DNA of 64,000 nucleotides from Daphnia carinata (Eukaryota). Location: positions 3,224,001-3,288,000 of the forward strand of contig NC_081333.1 of the NCBI RefSeq assembly GCF_022539665.2. The letters run 5' to 3'. Positions 23,691-38,824 of the stretch are shown here, piece by piece. Numbering within the stretch: position 1 is the stretch's first letter; the number at the start of each line of letters is the position of its first letter. A model generated the notes under the pieces. It ran no database searches and was not told where the DNA came from. It saw nothing but the letters and a program-made list of their open reading frames with translations. A program made the translations under genes and the position numbers.

Positions 23691-24806
23691 ATGCATTCGG
23701 AAGCTGCTGTAGTAATCACAACATTCGTGATTATTGCAGCACTTTTAATTGCCCAAACATCATCTCTTCCAACCACGAAAAAAGCATTGGACATCAGATC
23801 ACCATCGACTACCACGACGGGTACGAATGACGTCACAAGTGTCATCTCCAGCAACAAAGCAGCCATTCCCCCGACATCGAATTCCATTGACAACAAAGGC
23901 TACATTCGAGTCAATCTCGACGACGGCAATCTTCAAGAATTGTCTGCTTTTGCTACGGGGGAGATTCGATTACGTCAGAAATCCGCAGATCTCTCGTTGA
24001 AGGGCGTCTCGTTCGCTTTGAAACAAATTTCTACATCACTCGCAGAGAGCAACTACAAGATGACGTTGGTGCTGGCTAACAAGGACGAGAAACGATCCCA
24101 ATTTTTAATTTGCAACGTCGACATCGTTCACGATGCATCCGCAAATCAGAGGCGAGTGAAAACAGATTGCCTAAGGGCTAACATTGTGACCGGCATTCAG
24201 TCGATACGTCCCGACGGCATTTTCCAGGAGGATGCCGATCTTGCGGCAGCTGTTTTCGCCGCAAACGAACTCAATCGCCAGAGCAACAATTCATCTCCGC
24301 TGACTCTCGTGCATTACGTGGCTTCCGGCTCGCACGAAATGATATCCGGCACTGAATACAAATTGCACATGCAGGTGCAGACGAGCCCGAAAGATGACAA
24401 GGTTTTGCTTTGCGAAACGAGCGTTTTACCGAGAAGCCCCAAGATGCTGCACGGAACTGAGTGTGGCACTCTAGCGGGAAAAGACGATAGCGGATCTTAC
24501 AGCGCAGCTGACGTCAAGGATGCGGATGTGATAGAGACGGCTGAATTTGCTGCCAATGCCCTGATGGAGCGGCAAGTTGCAGAAGCACCTGATGAATTGA
24601 TTCCAGTGAAAGTTGCGAGAGTTTGGAAGAAACCTGTTCGCGGAATTCAACGACGACTTCGTATGACATTGAGCGACGATGCCGAAGGTGGCCAGCCGTC
24701 TTCGTACTGCCTCGCAGTCGTCTTTGAAGACAGGCTGTCTGGCGAATATGAACTGGTTACCGGAGCTGGAAACACTGTCTGTTCGCCTACGCCACCTACC
24801 GTTTAA
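23691..24806 (+). CDS. Secreted protein with three cystatin-like domains, single exon
   Basis: 371-aa ORF, hydrophobic signal peptide, three repeats of (A.FA..el) ... degenerate QxVxG/NY strand ... C...C. Confidence 0.7.
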   Translation: MHSEAAVVITTFVIIAALLIAQTSSLPTTKKALDIRSPSTTTTGTNDVTSVISSNKAAIPPTSNSIDNKGYIRVNLDDGNLQELSAFATGEIRLRQKSADLSLKGVSFALKQISTSLAESNYKMTLVLANKDEKRSQFLICNVDIVHDASANQRRVKTDCLRANIVTGIQSIRPDGIFQEDADLAAAVFAANELNRQSNNSSPLTLVHYVASGSHEMISGTEYKLHMQVQTSPKDDKVLLCETSVLPRSPKMLHGTECGTLAGKDDSGSYSAADVKDADVIETAEFAANALMERQVAEAPDELIPVKVARVWKKPVRGIQRRLRMTLSDDAEGGQPSSYCLAVVFEDRLSGEYELVTGAGNTVCSPTPPTV

Positions 24807-26873
24807 ATTGATAAGATTTTATACTCAAAACACTGGCCGTTTTTAAATAAATACGTGTACCTTCTTCGAGAATCACATTTCATCTATCAATTGTTCATTC
24901 GTTTTTGCATCGGTATTTTCAAATATTTACCGCTCCCAACAACCTTGTACATTTTTTACTCCACAGATGGCGACTGTATCCTGTTTGGCGATTGCCGAGA
25001 AAAAAAAAAAAAACAAACATCAAATAGACAAACTCAAGAGGCGATGACTGCCGATGATTGACACACAAAACATTAAAAACAAATGAGTAGGGTGGACTTT
25101 AGTCAAGTAGAAACAAATAAGGCGCTGATGCTGGGCGTATTTTTTCATCGTAGAATCGGGACGGCCAGAAGTTTATCTGGAGACTCATAGATGCACTGAT
25201 TTCATATCCTCCAGTTTTATTTACTAAGGAAAAAGAAAAAAAAAAAAAAAAAACGAACGAAAAAATACGTGTGTTTACCTTAGTCTTTCGACCCTTTGGC
25301 CGTCATGTAGGTTAATGATATATTGACTTTAAACGACGGGGATGGACGGGAGAAACATACGGAATGTCACAAAATCAACACGGCACTGTGACTCTCCCCT
25401 TACTTTTCCAACTTCCAGCATATAATATCAAATATTCTATATATTTTCCCCTCAATTTTGGTCCCAACTTCATGTTCCCAAATTTGTCCCTTTTTTTTTT
25501 TTTTTTTTTTTTTTTAGAACAACAAGAAAAATCCCGAATGGCGACATGAACCCGCTGTTGGATGGATTGATGAGTCCCGTCCCATTCAGATGACATTTTT
25601 TTTTCTCAAACACGAAAACGGAACTAGCGCGTTATTCCGTTTTCTTTCCTCCCCATTTTAAATGTTGGTGAAATTTGGCTGTCCAATGAGCCGTAACGGT
25701 CAGTCCATTTTCTTGTCCATGAGAAATTTCAAAAAATACGAGACCCGCTGCGCCGACACTTTGAGAAGCATTTCATTTTTAAGCTTAGACGTTAAAGAAT
25801 AGAAATCTCTCACATCCGATTTCGTGTTTCTTCTTGTTGTTAAAATAATTCCCCTTCTTTTAACCGGAATCACGATCACTTTTTTCATGTCGCCAACGGT
25901 CGGGATTCATTTTTTTTTTTTTTTTTTTGTTTCGTTCACATAGTCCATCGTTTCCTCTGATGTGAATTTCTTCTTCTTTTATTTTCTTGTTGTTTGGCCG
26001 ACACGAGAGTTGAAATAACTGGACGATGGGCCAGGAGCGTGATTCTCAGTTAGAAGGCCGGACAGAAGGGAAACTTATGTGTTTTTTTTTTGTTTTTTTT
26101 CCAGCCATCGGCGCTGGCCCCCAAGTCATTTCCGGATGAATGGATGACCGAAGAAATAAGAGGACACACACACACACACACACACATCCCCATATCCCAC
26201 ATCCTCTCATTTCCCTCAGCTTTTCTGGGAAGACAAGGCCTACATGGAGAGGATTATGCCCTAAAGGAAGTTTCTCAACCTGTAAAAAATAAAACTCAAT
26301 TGTTCAAGAAAAACAAAAAAAAAAAAAAAAATGGGGAGACGTGTGTGTGTGTGTTGCGGATGTGTCTGTTGGTGAGCTTGCCATCATGTCCCAACGTCTT
26401 CCACATTTCTTTTTTTTTCTTTTTTTCAGTGATGATGGGGCGTGCCTGGCGTTCTCCTCGCTCATTACCAGGTGTTATTTTCGGGACACTTCTTTTCCTT
26501 CCTACGTATTTTTTTTTTTTTTTTACGTGTCCTCGTGCGTTTCCTATTTCTCTCCTTACGGAAAAGAGTCTTCAGGCTATGATGATATTAAACTAACGTA
26601 CATCTTCCTCCTTCTATTGTTCTTCAAAATTCTGATTTCAAATCATTTTCCTTTTTCAATAATCCCAACGTCCAATTATTATTTGAAAAATCACGCATCC
26701 GGAAGACCTGAAGTCTGTCCGTGATGAAACAAATATCAGTGTCGTTACTTGTTTTGATTTTTTGTTTTTCCGGTTTGCCGCAGGTGCCAAAGAAAACATG
26801 AAGAATAATAAAAAAAAAAATACATCGAGATGATAAAAAAAAAAAAATGAAAAATATATATAAGTATAGACTA

Positions 26874-26908
<35 letters not shown>

Positions 26909-27159
26909 CGGTGCTGGCCACCACCGAACACACATACCGCCCGCCGTCACCGCACGGCCGCTGCCTGCTGGCCTGCCGCCGCCCTTCTTTTTGCGGTTTG
27001 CTCGATGTTCCCGTTTGCTGAGTCCGCACGCGCACACTGTTTCGTTTGGGCTCATCAGCCGGATAAGACCATACTCACCTCTTCTATATGTTATAACTCT
27101 CACATCAACATTTTCCGCCTGCGGAATTCTCTTAGAACACATCGGTACGGACTTGGGAA

Positions 27160-27195
<36 letters not shown>

Positions 27196-27681
27196 AGGAT
27201 GGAAAGAAATACAAAGTCCGTCCGGTCATCTTTTTTTTTTTTTTTTTTTTTAAAGGCCGGACGTCTTTAAATTTTTTTTTTTTTTCCGTGCAACGGGTCA
27301 GGTGATTGAACTCACCTGTGTTATCTCTAATAACATTGTCCGTACGAGTTATACTTTTATTTTTATGGAGCTTTTCTTTGCGGCCGGACCGCTGCTGGCG
27401 TTGTGTCCGGCTCTGACCTGGCGTTCTTCTTCCTCCTCTCTTGGGCCAAGCCATCAAAGTTCTCTCTCAGCAGTTGAAGAATCCGTTGCGGATATCCGCG
27501 CTAAAAAAGAAAAAAGAAAAAGGACAACGCGGAGAAACAAGAGAGAAGAAGCCATTGTTGTTTCTCCAAACTGCGTGTGTGTGTGTGTGTGAACCTTCTT
27601 TCTTCAGCCTTCCTCTTCGGAGAAGACGCACAAATGACGTCTTTTCTCTCTGTCTCTCTCCCCACCGTGTTCTTCTATGAA

Positions 27682-27714
<33 letters not shown>

Positions 27715-29178
27715 GGGGATATTAAACGCATTCGATAACGACACACAGATATACTCTTATATAATAAAAAAAAAAAGAGAGGATAGAAACTTGACAATAA
27801 TAAAAATATGAAAATAAGACGAGAGCGGAAGTTGAAAAGCTCTTTTGTTATTACCATATTCCCTTATGCGAAGAAGCCGTGCAACACGCAAAGCGACTGA
27901 ATTACACGCGTCGCATTCACCAAAAAAAAAGGGAGATTCTTTCGAAAGATTCTTCTTATGTACACACACACACACACAGAGAGAAGAAAAGGATGTGTGT
28001 GTATACAGTTTTCTCCCGGCGCTCCTGGCACAGGATATGTGTAATGATCTCCCCCCCTCCAAAAGAAAAAGAGAGATGACCTTTTGCAGCGTGGGGGATG
28101 TGTGGAGGTGGCTGCTGCAAAACAACAACACGGTCCTGACCTTTCACTTCATCCCGACACGGAGATGCATGAGAATGGCGCGCGAGGCAGCGCGTCATCT
28201 TCAAGAAGAATAAAGAAGAAGAAGAAGAGGAGCGTGATGCCGTCAAAGGTTACCGTCAAAGTTCAAGGTGGGGCAGACTCGCAAGATCATCACTGAAACG
28301 AAAAACTAAATAAAAAAAAATAAAAGGTGAACCTTGAAGGGAAGTAAACAAAAAAAAAAAAATAAGAGATGAACGCACATTTTCTTTTCGACTTTAATCT
28401 CGATCTTGTAGAAACGAAAACGCTGCCCGGGGGAAAGGGATATATTATCGTTATCTATCTATAAGGTTTCTTCTTTTTTCATAAGTTCAAGTATGGCTTC
28501 TTTCATTTTTTTTTTCTCCTGATCTTGTTAGAAGATCCTTTTTTTTTTTAAAAAAAAAAAACAAACAAGTTAACCAACCGAAAAAAGGGGGAGTCTGTTC
28601 TTCTTTTTGAACTCCCACTTTAAGCAAATTCGGAGGTGTACATCAGTCAAAGAGAGAAAAAAAAAACATCAGACGAAAGTTTGCTCTTTTTTTTTTTAAC
28701 CTTAACTACGATCCCCTCGTTCGTGTGATTTACGTCTGCGTGTAAACGTAGGTCTACAGACGATAGGGTAACGTACGTCACGAGAGCGGTGAACGAAGAC
28801 GACAAGATTTCGAGCGAAAAATGAAACAAACGAAATCACAAAAGATCGAATTAAAAACGTTCACGTACGTGAGAATTCCATCGAACCCAACCCCCTGTGT
28901 GTGGGGGGGGGGGGTGTAACGAGCTGCTGTGCCGAATTGTTTTTTTTTTTTTTAAACGTGGTGGGGTTCACAGAGACATTGACGACACACAATGCCCAAC
29001 AAAATGGCGAAAATGGCGATCGATAGGCGGAGCACAAAATGGTTACCTTGACGACAGCTGGATCGATCCGCACTATCGACAGGACATGAACGACAAACTG
29101 AACAAAAATTTTCAACCCCCCCCCTCTCCGAAAAACCGTGACACGTGTCGTTAGTTCTAGAACATCCAATGATCTGAA

Positions 29179-29211
<33 letters not shown>

Positions 29212-29219
29212 AGCAAAAA

Positions 29220-29400
29220 ATGCAAAATCGAGAGAAAAAAAAGTAAGGGAAGGGAGAGGAAAACCAAACGATTCGAACAAAGAAAAGCAAATGATGCAAA
29301 TTTCGAAAGAAAAAAGTAAGAGGAAAAACAAATGATTCGAACAAAGAAAAGCAAAAGATGCAAAATTCGAGAGAAAAAAAAAAAAGAAGGGGAAGAGAGA
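29220..29400. repeat. Imperfect ~65-bp tandem repeat, about 2.5 copies
   Basis: gattcgaacaaagaaaagcaaa(t/a)gatgcaaa(t/a)ttcga occurs at ~29270 and ~29334. Confidence 0.6.
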
Positions 29401-32400
29401 CGAAAACTTGTCAAAAGAAAAAAAATGTAAATTAGCACATATTCAAAATGATTTGAAAAAAAATAAATGAAAAAAAATAACCCTCGAATTCAAAACAACT
29501 TTTACTTTAACGTGAGATTGCCTTGGTAATTACACCAAGATGATACAAACGGCGGATGGACGGAATTCTGTGTAGAGCGTCCGGAAGCCGCGGGCCAAAC
29601 AGCATCCGGCATGGCGACCGCAAAAAAAAAAAAGAGAGGGGAGGAAATCAATGAGGGTCTCTCTTGCAAGTCGACACACTCAAACAAAATTTGATCGTAT
29701 TTACCTATTATTTATCACCTGATTTCCAAAACGTCTGGAACAGCCATAATAAAAAAAAAAAAATATGTGGAACACACGCGTAGTTCGATTTGGAGTGTAA
29801 CACGTCAATGTCCAAAAGAGAGACAACGTTTTTTCTTTAAAAAAAAAATCAAAACAAAATGGAAAAGAACGGGACGATCGACTCCAGTTGTTTCATTTTG
29901 TTGCAGGATGGCGTGAAAAAAAAAAAAAAAAAACGAACCAGAAAAACAAAACAAAAAAAAAATGAGAAATTGGATAAAAGATCTCGCGTTCACACAGACA
30001 CAGACATCAGCTTTTAAAAAGAAAAGAAGGGGAGAAATCAATAAATGTACGCACACACCCGACTTTTTGCCTTGGTCTAAACTTGTCGTCGAAATAAACA
30101 GGACCACCTGGGTGTTGTCCATCCATTTTCTTTTACCTGGGCGATGAAAATGGTAAGAAACGAAGAGAACAGGAGCACTGGAAAGCACAGCAGCCTCTCA
30201 AGGTGTTTAGTTTCTTCTTTTTAAATCTTCACTTTTTGTTTTGTTTTTTTTGTATCGAAAATGTTCATTGAAAAAAACGTCTGGTCGTTTCAAAAATCAA
30301 CTGGTCAGACAAGAACAGGTTTAACAACTTTTTTTTTGTTCCAACGTTGCAAGATGTTGACAGTGACATCTCGAGACATAATTTTTTTTTTTTTTTTACA
30401 GAAAATCAGAGGAACAAAAAAAAAAAAAAAAAAGAAAGAAAGAACTGTGTTCTCATCTTTTTTTACGTGCGTTGTTTCGTATGTCTCGCTCAGCTGATTC
30501 GCTTGATGCGAGTTGTTATTAGTTTGGCTGTGTGTGTGAGGTGGAGGCTGCTGCGCCTCCTTGAGCAGCAGACAGCAACACATCCGGCCGGAATACGTAA
30601 CAACCTTGACATTTTCCTTCTATCTTCCCTTTCTCTCTCTCTCTCTCTCTCTTCATTTTCGTTCTCGTTTCATTTGAAAACACACCGAAAAAAAAAAAAA
30701 AAAGAAAGAAAGAACACAAATATAATTATGAATCGTTTCTTCTCCCTTCTGCTGCAGCAAGAAGAACACAGACGAAAAGAGACAGCACCAAAGGGAGGTG
30801 GGTCTGTTTTTCTCTCCCCCCTCCCCCCCCATGTCTACTTCACCTGGTTGGTGGTTTTCCGGTGGCGGATGAGACACACAAGAAAGAGAGAATTAAAAAA
30901 GACGAAGCGCTGACTTGGAAAAGAAGAAGGCAGAGTCTTGAGAGAGAGAGAGAGGATGTAATCATCTGGCAGCAAACCGGGAGCACCTGGCCCTATAGCT
31001 CTCATTATATCATTGTCATTAACTTTTTTGTTTCTTTCCCTTTTTTTTTTAACATCCCTCTTTCTTTCTTTTTTTTTTTTTCTCAAGATATAAGGCAAGT
31101 TTAGTTTCCGCATCAAATGAAGAAGAAGGACGTTGGACCAACCAAACATTTTTTTTTTGGGTTGATGAAACGATACGTTTTGATTGGGCATAAAACAAGG
31201 TCTATTAGAAAAACAATGAAGAACGATGATCAAAAACGTGGGGTTTCAGACAAATAGAAATGTAATGTTTAAAAAAACAAAACAAATACAAAATGAAATG
31301 GTAACCAAGGCAAAGATGGTTTTTGGACGGGCAAAAGAAAAATTTGGAAGACGTTGATGAATAAGAGCGGCGAGGCGGTGATACTATCCCTTAAAAACAA
31401 AAGATGTGCTCTGTCTATGTAATAATCTGATCTCTAACGTTCTTCTCTTTTTTTTGTGTGTGTGTGTGTCTCTCTCTCTCTTCGCATTGCATCATTTACG
31501 GTTCGGAAAAAAGGAATATATCAACAACCGGTTCGGTTGCCATGGAGACCCCCCAAAGAGATATGACAAAGAAGCAGGTAACAAAAAAAAAAAAAAAAAT
31601 ACAATACAATAAAACAAACGATATCAAAAAGAGACGAGAAGAGTTGGAAATGATTTCGAGAGCAGCAGCATCAGCTCCTTTTTTTAAAAAATAAATGAAA
31701 AGGCCACTGATTTTTGCTTATGTATATGTACCTATATACAACACGTCTACTAAATAAATTAAAGACTCACATGCCCATCGTTTGTTTTTTGTTCTCATCG
31801 GGAGTCTATAAAAGTGCAGCCGTCAGAGGAGCGCCATGTTCGGTTCGTCCAACCGAAAAAGAGATGCTGCGATGAAAGGGATCCATCACCGATTGCAGGG
31901 CGGTTTTACGTTCATTAAATATAACGTCTCGAGAAAAAAAAACAAAAAAACAAAAAAAAACAAGTTGGACAGACACAAGAATGTTTGCTTTCTTTGATTG
32001 GACAGACTTGAAATAAGAAGGGGAACCTGTTCTCCCCTTTATTCTGTTTGTTTAAAAAGAAAAAAAAGAAAAAAACTGGTGGCTATATCTTGTCAACTGT
32101 ATGCGTTCAAACTCTTGATGGCCGGCTGCATCCAACTCAATTTGAATGCCGGACTAATGAAGACGCCATTGGAATCTCTTTTCCATCGCCAGACTTTGAA
32201 AAAAAAAAAAAAGAGTTTTATTTTTTTATTTTTATTTTAAACAATCCATCAAGACCCATTCCATCCAAGAGATTAGGCCTGCACGATCATCGCTACCGTC
32301 TCTCATCGTTAGATATCTATACCCTGAAAAAAAAAAAAACAAAAAAGAACTGTACGCATCCCGACCTGATGTGAAATAGAAGATGTTCCCAATCAGATGT

Positions 32401-35400
32401 TGTTCCCATCATTTATTCTTTTTCTCAATTTCCACCGTTTTATTCGGGCCCCTATGTCAGCGCCGAACGGATCGATAGACGCCCTAAATACCTTCCTATG
32501 CGTCTATACAGCAATACAGATATGTAAATGAATTTCTTTTTTTTTTTTTTTTTTTTTTTTTTTTCCTAAAGTCAATATTACGTGGTCCGTCTTTTCTCCT
32601 AGCAGGTTTTTTTTTTTTTTTTTTTTTCGTTCGTTCGGTTTCATCTCTTTTATTTCGTGCATGCCTCCGAATGCCATTTGTTTTACGTGTCCATTTTTTT
32701 TTTTTTTTGTTCTACGTCGATCCGCTTTGCTGCATCCCGCCAATCTCTCCTTAGCGACAGGATGATGATGGGCAAAAGGGACATTCCAAAAGGCCAACGG
32801 AGAGATGATTCTCATCTTATATAGAACAAGTCCTCCGAAGAAGTTTTTTTTTTCTTCCACTATGTCGTACGCCGCTAACATCACCAAGTAGCGGTGATAG
32901 TAGAATCTCGTTTTGTTTTTAGAGAAGAGAATGGCGATGGATACATCAAATAGACAAGACATAAAAAAAAAAAAAAAAAAAAAAGAGCTCCAAAAGAATC
33001 CGGATCACTTTCTCAATCTCATTTTTTTTTTTTTTGCTGGCTCGTCAGTTGGGATGCGGCTGCTGCAATATCTGTCGGAATGCGGATCGTACCCGACGCG
33101 ATGCGCAAAGGAGATATTTTTTCCTGTTCCAAGAGATTCTCTCTCTCTCTCTCTTTTTTTTTTGTTGTTTGTTTCGGGACGCAGGAGCAGCATGCAAAGC
33201 GGCCAGAAACAAACAAAAAAAAAAAAGAGAATCACATAGAGGAAAACGGCATTCTCGGCATGTCATCGTGAGAGATTTGAAAACTAGACAACTCGCAGGA
33301 AGAGAATCTTTTTTATTTCAACTTCTTCGAAATCAGACGGACAAAGAGAAGAAACAAAAATAATACCCTTTTTTTTTTGTTTTTGTTTTGTTTTTGATTT
33401 TCGGGGGGAAGGGTTTTCGAGGAAATGCGGATGACATGCGTGTCGATAGCGCGGAAGGGGGGTTTACTGGCCCGACGGATGTGATTGGATCATCTCTCCG
33501 CAACGATCCGCGAAGCTTTGGCCGGGGGTTTTGAAAGGGCGTGGCTAATTTCTAGCAGCATATCCATCCATCGGCCAAGAAGACGCAGCATCCAATCACG
33601 ACGCTTTGCCGCAAGAGGGAACGAGACGTACAAAATAAAATCTGGAAAAACATTTGCGCATGCGCGTTCAATTTTCTAAAAACAAAAGTCCAGCATCCTC
33701 TCTCTCGTGTTTTAGACGGGCCATACACGGCACACCAGCGCCTAAAGGGAACCGCTCGATACAGAAAAAGCATAGGCTTTTTTTTTTAACAGCACGGTTG
33801 TCATGACGATTGTTAAACAAGTTTTATTTACTCTTTATTTTGATAAGAAATTATGATAGGCCGTGTACGACGTTTGATTTTTAATGGGCGCATCATCAAT
33901 CGAGGCAATCGGCACCGCCAACCAACTGAAATTCGAATATAGGTGACTTTTTTTTTTTTTTCAACTGGCTACGCGTGTAGGTGGATGAACTGCTGAAAAA
34001 AAAAAAAAAGTTATGACTGGCGGGTCCATCCGCCGTCCGAAACGGAGATATGCCGGGTTGGTGCGCGTCGGGAACAGGTGAAACCGTAAGAGGCAGCCAA
34101 CGTGATGAGCATCTTCCGGTTGTATATATACATATATATATATATCTATTCTTTTTTTTTTTTTTTATTTTTCTTGAGCAGGAGGAAGAAATAAGCGGAG
34201 ACAGAGAGGAGGGGTATAATAATGACGTGCATACGTCGGGGATGTTGTTTTTGGCCATTCTCTCTCCTTCTTTTCGGGAGGGCCATAGTTTTAAATAAAC
34301 TCACAAAGATAATTCTTTCTTTTTTTTTTTTTTTTTTTCTTCTTCTTCCGATGATGAACAGAAGCAAAAAAAAAAAAAAAAAGGCTACTGGTTTTTTTTT
34401 TTTTTTTTTTTTCTTGTGTTAAAAATTTCTACATTTGACGGTTGATGTTTTTGAAAAGGGGGGGGGGAGTTGACGTGGCCTGCGGAGATTGTCGTTAAGG
34501 TTGCAGACTGACCACTAAAACTTTTTTCGGTCTTCTTCTTTTTTTCAAACAGCAGACAGAGAGTTGGTCGCCATGTCCCCCCCCCCCCCCCCCCTCATAA
34601 GAAAGAGAAGCGAGCTCGCGCGCTGATTACCTTTAATGGCCGCACGGGAACCATTAAAAAAAAAAAAAAAAAAAAGAGGAAATGTTCGGTAGGAAGAAAG
34701 GAAAAGAAAAAAAAAGCTTTCCATGTCTACATGTACAGTAGGTATATACACAATTTATCGCGGTGTTGCTGTGTGTGTGTGTCTGTGTGTGTAGCGGTGT
34801 GGCCACGTATTATTATTTATACTCCTCCTCCTTCTTTTCCTACGTCCGCCTTCTTCTTTTTTAAAGAAGAAGAAAAAAAAAAAAAACAAAACAAAACAAT
34901 ATAATAAGATGCCGGAGGATGTTCATGTACTCCAATCTACAAACTACAGTGGTCATTTTTTTCTTTTTTCCTTTTGCCCGTCAGCGGCTCATTTTATGCC
35001 GCCCCGAATGTCCTGGCTCCAAGGGATATGCCGGAAGCCATCCGGTCACCTTCTTTATACAAAAAAAGAATTTTTTTTTCTTTAGCTCTCTCTTTTTTTT
35101 TATGATTAAAAGAGAATAAGATAGAAGAAAAAAAAAAAAAAATGTATTATTGATGTTTTTATGATGATCATCGGTACACGCGCCGTTTCCAAGGTGACCA
35201 TGTCGAGTGTTTGTTCAAGAGGAATTCCGCATCGTCTCACATGTCATCGTCTGCATTTTGTTTTATATATCCACCTTAACATCAATCGTCTTCTGATGGA
35301 AGAGTCTTTAAAAAAAAAAAAAAAAAAGGGCGTGGTGATTTAAAAAAACAAAAAAAAAAAAAAAAAGAAGGAGAGAAGTTGTTGCGCCATTTCTCGAAGA

Positions 35401-35759
35401 AAACGTCCAGTACCGGAGTTTGGTGGCACCTGCAGGCGCTCTATGACCACTAACCAAAGCCAGAGGGTATGATGACCGAGGTCTACATCATTTTCTTTCG
35501 CTCTCTCTCTTAAGAAAAAAAGAAAAAAAAAAAAGGAAATCCGAATGTGTATATAGGATCTTGGTATATGATGGAAGTAACGGACGAGTGGTATTTAAAA
35601 ACACTTGGGATAGTTGGCCATCCCGAGAGTCCCTGTGTGTGTGTGTGTGTGTGTGTTTTTACTGTTGCGCAAGCGCACTCACGATAAGAGCCGAGTGCGT
35701 GTGATTGTGTTTGATGATGATGGAACAAGGTGTACATACACCAAAAAGACGTTATTACT

Positions 35760-35800
<41 letters not shown>

Positions 35801-36344
35801 GCCTCCGGTGCGGATCTCTCTTACATCCGCTAGCCGAACTCTCGATAGCCCATGGCTATGCCGACTGGACATGTGTGTTTCTTTTTTTTTTTTTTTTCTC
35901 GATATTTTCTATTTTTTTTTTTTTTTGGGGGGGGGGGGGGGGGGAATGAATGAATGAATGGAAAAAAAAAAAGAAAGAAGGCGAGTTGATTCTCTCTTTT
36001 TTGATTTATTTTATTTTTACAAAGGAATGATGAGAAAAGTTGTCGTAGACCTTTCTTTGTTGAACACATCTTTGCAATCTGCGTTCAAAAAGAAGAAACG
36101 TCCAAGTTCCCACGGAGCAGTAGCTCCTGCTCGCGTGTCTCCCTCAAAATGATGATGGCCAACTTTTGAAAGCCGACCCCATTCGAAAGCAAATCATAAA
36201 TCGACCGGTGTATCGCCGTTCCTTTAATTTTCGGAAGCAATAGAACTGCCCAGATAAGATGGTCAGCCCGGCCAGCTGTCATCAAAATTACACGAAAAAC
36301 AACACACCTCAATTTCTTAGGCGACGCGAAACAAAACGGCAACG

Positions 36345-36375
<31 letters not shown>

Positions 36376-38791
36376 GCAAATTGAATTGATTGGAGGAAAA
36401 CATCCAATCAGATTTTGTTCGGATTTTTGTGGAGAGATAAGCCTGTCATCAGGAGTCGGTGTCTTTTTTTTTTTTCAAAAACAAGCCTTTCACCGAACTT
36501 TTAGACCTTCCAGAATAAGTGGAACATCGGCTTCATTTTGGAACTCGTGTATATTTATAGAACGTGTAAGGGTGTAAATAATAAGAAGGGGGGGACCCAT
36601 AGATACAAAAAAAAAAAAAATTGGGGGTCCACCATCATCTCATTTTATTATTATTTTTTTTTTTTCTTGAAGTCCAGGTGGCTGCTGGAACATTTTCTTC
36701 GGCGGGGTTGTCTCTTTTTCTCTGTGTGTGTGTGTGCGTGGGGGGGGGGGAGGGGAGGTATTATAACAATGTTTTAAAACCTTCAAGAGAAGGAAGAGGG
36801 GGGTTTGGGGGTGGGGAAGGAGTCGGCTGGTCCAGCGGCAGCAGCAGCAGGGTCTTTGTGTAATGGGCCAGAGAAACAGGATGAAGAAGGAGAGGGGGGG
36901 GGGAGTTAGGACCCCCACCTGGAATCAGATTGAAGGGAAGATGATGATGATGGCCTTACTTAAAAAAAAAAGGACTTCTTCTTTTCTTGTTTGAAATGGG
37001 GGGGGGGGGGGACATAAGAAAAGGGGCCCCATCTTCTATATTTTACAAAAAAAAAAAAAAAAAAGGGACTATGGAACATCTTGGAAACGGACCCCCATCC
37101 AAAGAAGAGTCTCTCGTCGCTCATCTGCTGCTGACCTTTTCTTCTCTTTTCGATGAGAAAAAAAAAAAAAAAAAAGGGAGAGGTTATTCAAAAAGAGGAA
37201 ATTGAAATTGAAAAAAAAAAAAATGTAGGCCGCCGTTATTTCTTTAAATTCTATTTATAGGCCCATATTTTTTTTTTCTTCCATCCAGCTGGAACTGCTT
37301 CTTTTATTTAAAAAAAAAAAAAATCCTTCTGTAATCATCGAACACCTTTTGATTTTTCAAGGTGCACAAAAAAATGAAAGACAAAACGTTGCAAAAAAAA
37401 AATCTATACCCGCATGTTCAATCAAATTAATTTCCTTGTTCCAAAAAATTTAAAAAAATCTCGCAATGCCCACACACGGACGCAAGCGGCTGATAGATGG
37501 CACAGGTAAAAAAAACAAACAAAAAACAATACACCACGCTCATCAGCAGGAAGAGAATTCTAAACGGAGTTCACGGATCGATGCCTCCTTCTTTTGTTGT
37601 TGTTTTCTTATCAAACCCATCCTGCTCTCAAAAACCAAAAACAAAAACAAATTCTACATGTACCGCAAAACAGGGATCTTTTTACTTGAAGTGCGGTACG
37701 AGCTGTTTGATGAGCGACGACTGTTGTAATTGGATTCTGCGAAGAAAAAAGAGAGAGCGTTTCCCTTTTGAGCCTTCAAAACTTTTGTTGTGTGATAAAA
37801 CGAGTTTTCTGTTCCAAAAAGCGTCACATAAAGTTCTTGAAAAAAAAAAAAAAATAAATAAATAAAATTAAATAAATAAAAGGGGAGCCTTGACGAGTCG
37901 ACTTCTCCGCGTATGAAATTGCGGCCGGGGATGGACCGTTCCAGCGTCGTGAGGCTCGAAACCAAACGAACAAAACAAAATCTCGCCTTCCATTTAATTT
38001 TGAAAAAAAAAAAAAAAAAAAAAAATAGAAAGAGAGAAAGGATGTGAACATGTGAAGAACTAAAAAAAAAAAAAAAAAAAAATTCTTTTAGAAGAAAACG
38101 ACGCTGAAGGCGACGGAAACGACGCCGATTTTCAGTGTCTATTTTCCCTTTTTTTTTTTTTTTTCTTTCTTCTTTTCGAGCTTTGATTGCTGCCTTTTTG
38201 TGTGTGTGTGTGTGTGTCTTACCATCATCAAAAAAAAAAAAAAAAAAAACTCCAGGGGGGGGGGGGGGGGGGAGGGTACCTCAACTCGATATCCATCCAC
38301 TGGAATGTTTTTGCGGGACTCGCGTTCGTTTGTTATCCCGAAAGAATGAACCGAACGAGTACCGATATTTTTCAAAATTGCAGAGCGTCCCCCCCCCCCC
38401 CCCCCCCGCGTTTTTTTTTTATATGATTGCGTAGCCTATGGTTGCGAACGGATGGTTAGATAAATACATATTTATCTCTCTTCTAATCACCACCACCGAA
38501 GGGTGCTATCCCTCCCCCCCTCTCCAATGCTTTCCCTTTTTTTTTTTTTTTTTAAATGTATATTCAATCAACGGCCCGTGCGCGCGCGCGAGCCCTCGAA
38601 CGCGCCTCCGGCTGCGTGAGTTCCCCTTCTTTTTTTTTTGGAAGGGATTGCGCCGCTACTGCGGGTGCGTGTTTCTCTCGCGTATGCAGGTGCACTTCTT
38701 CTTATTCTTTTTTTTTTTTTTTCGAAACATTTTTTGTTTGTTTTTTTTCATGTCAGAAATCTTTTTTTTTTCTTCTTTTGGTCTACACGAG

Positions 38792-38824
<33 letters not shown>

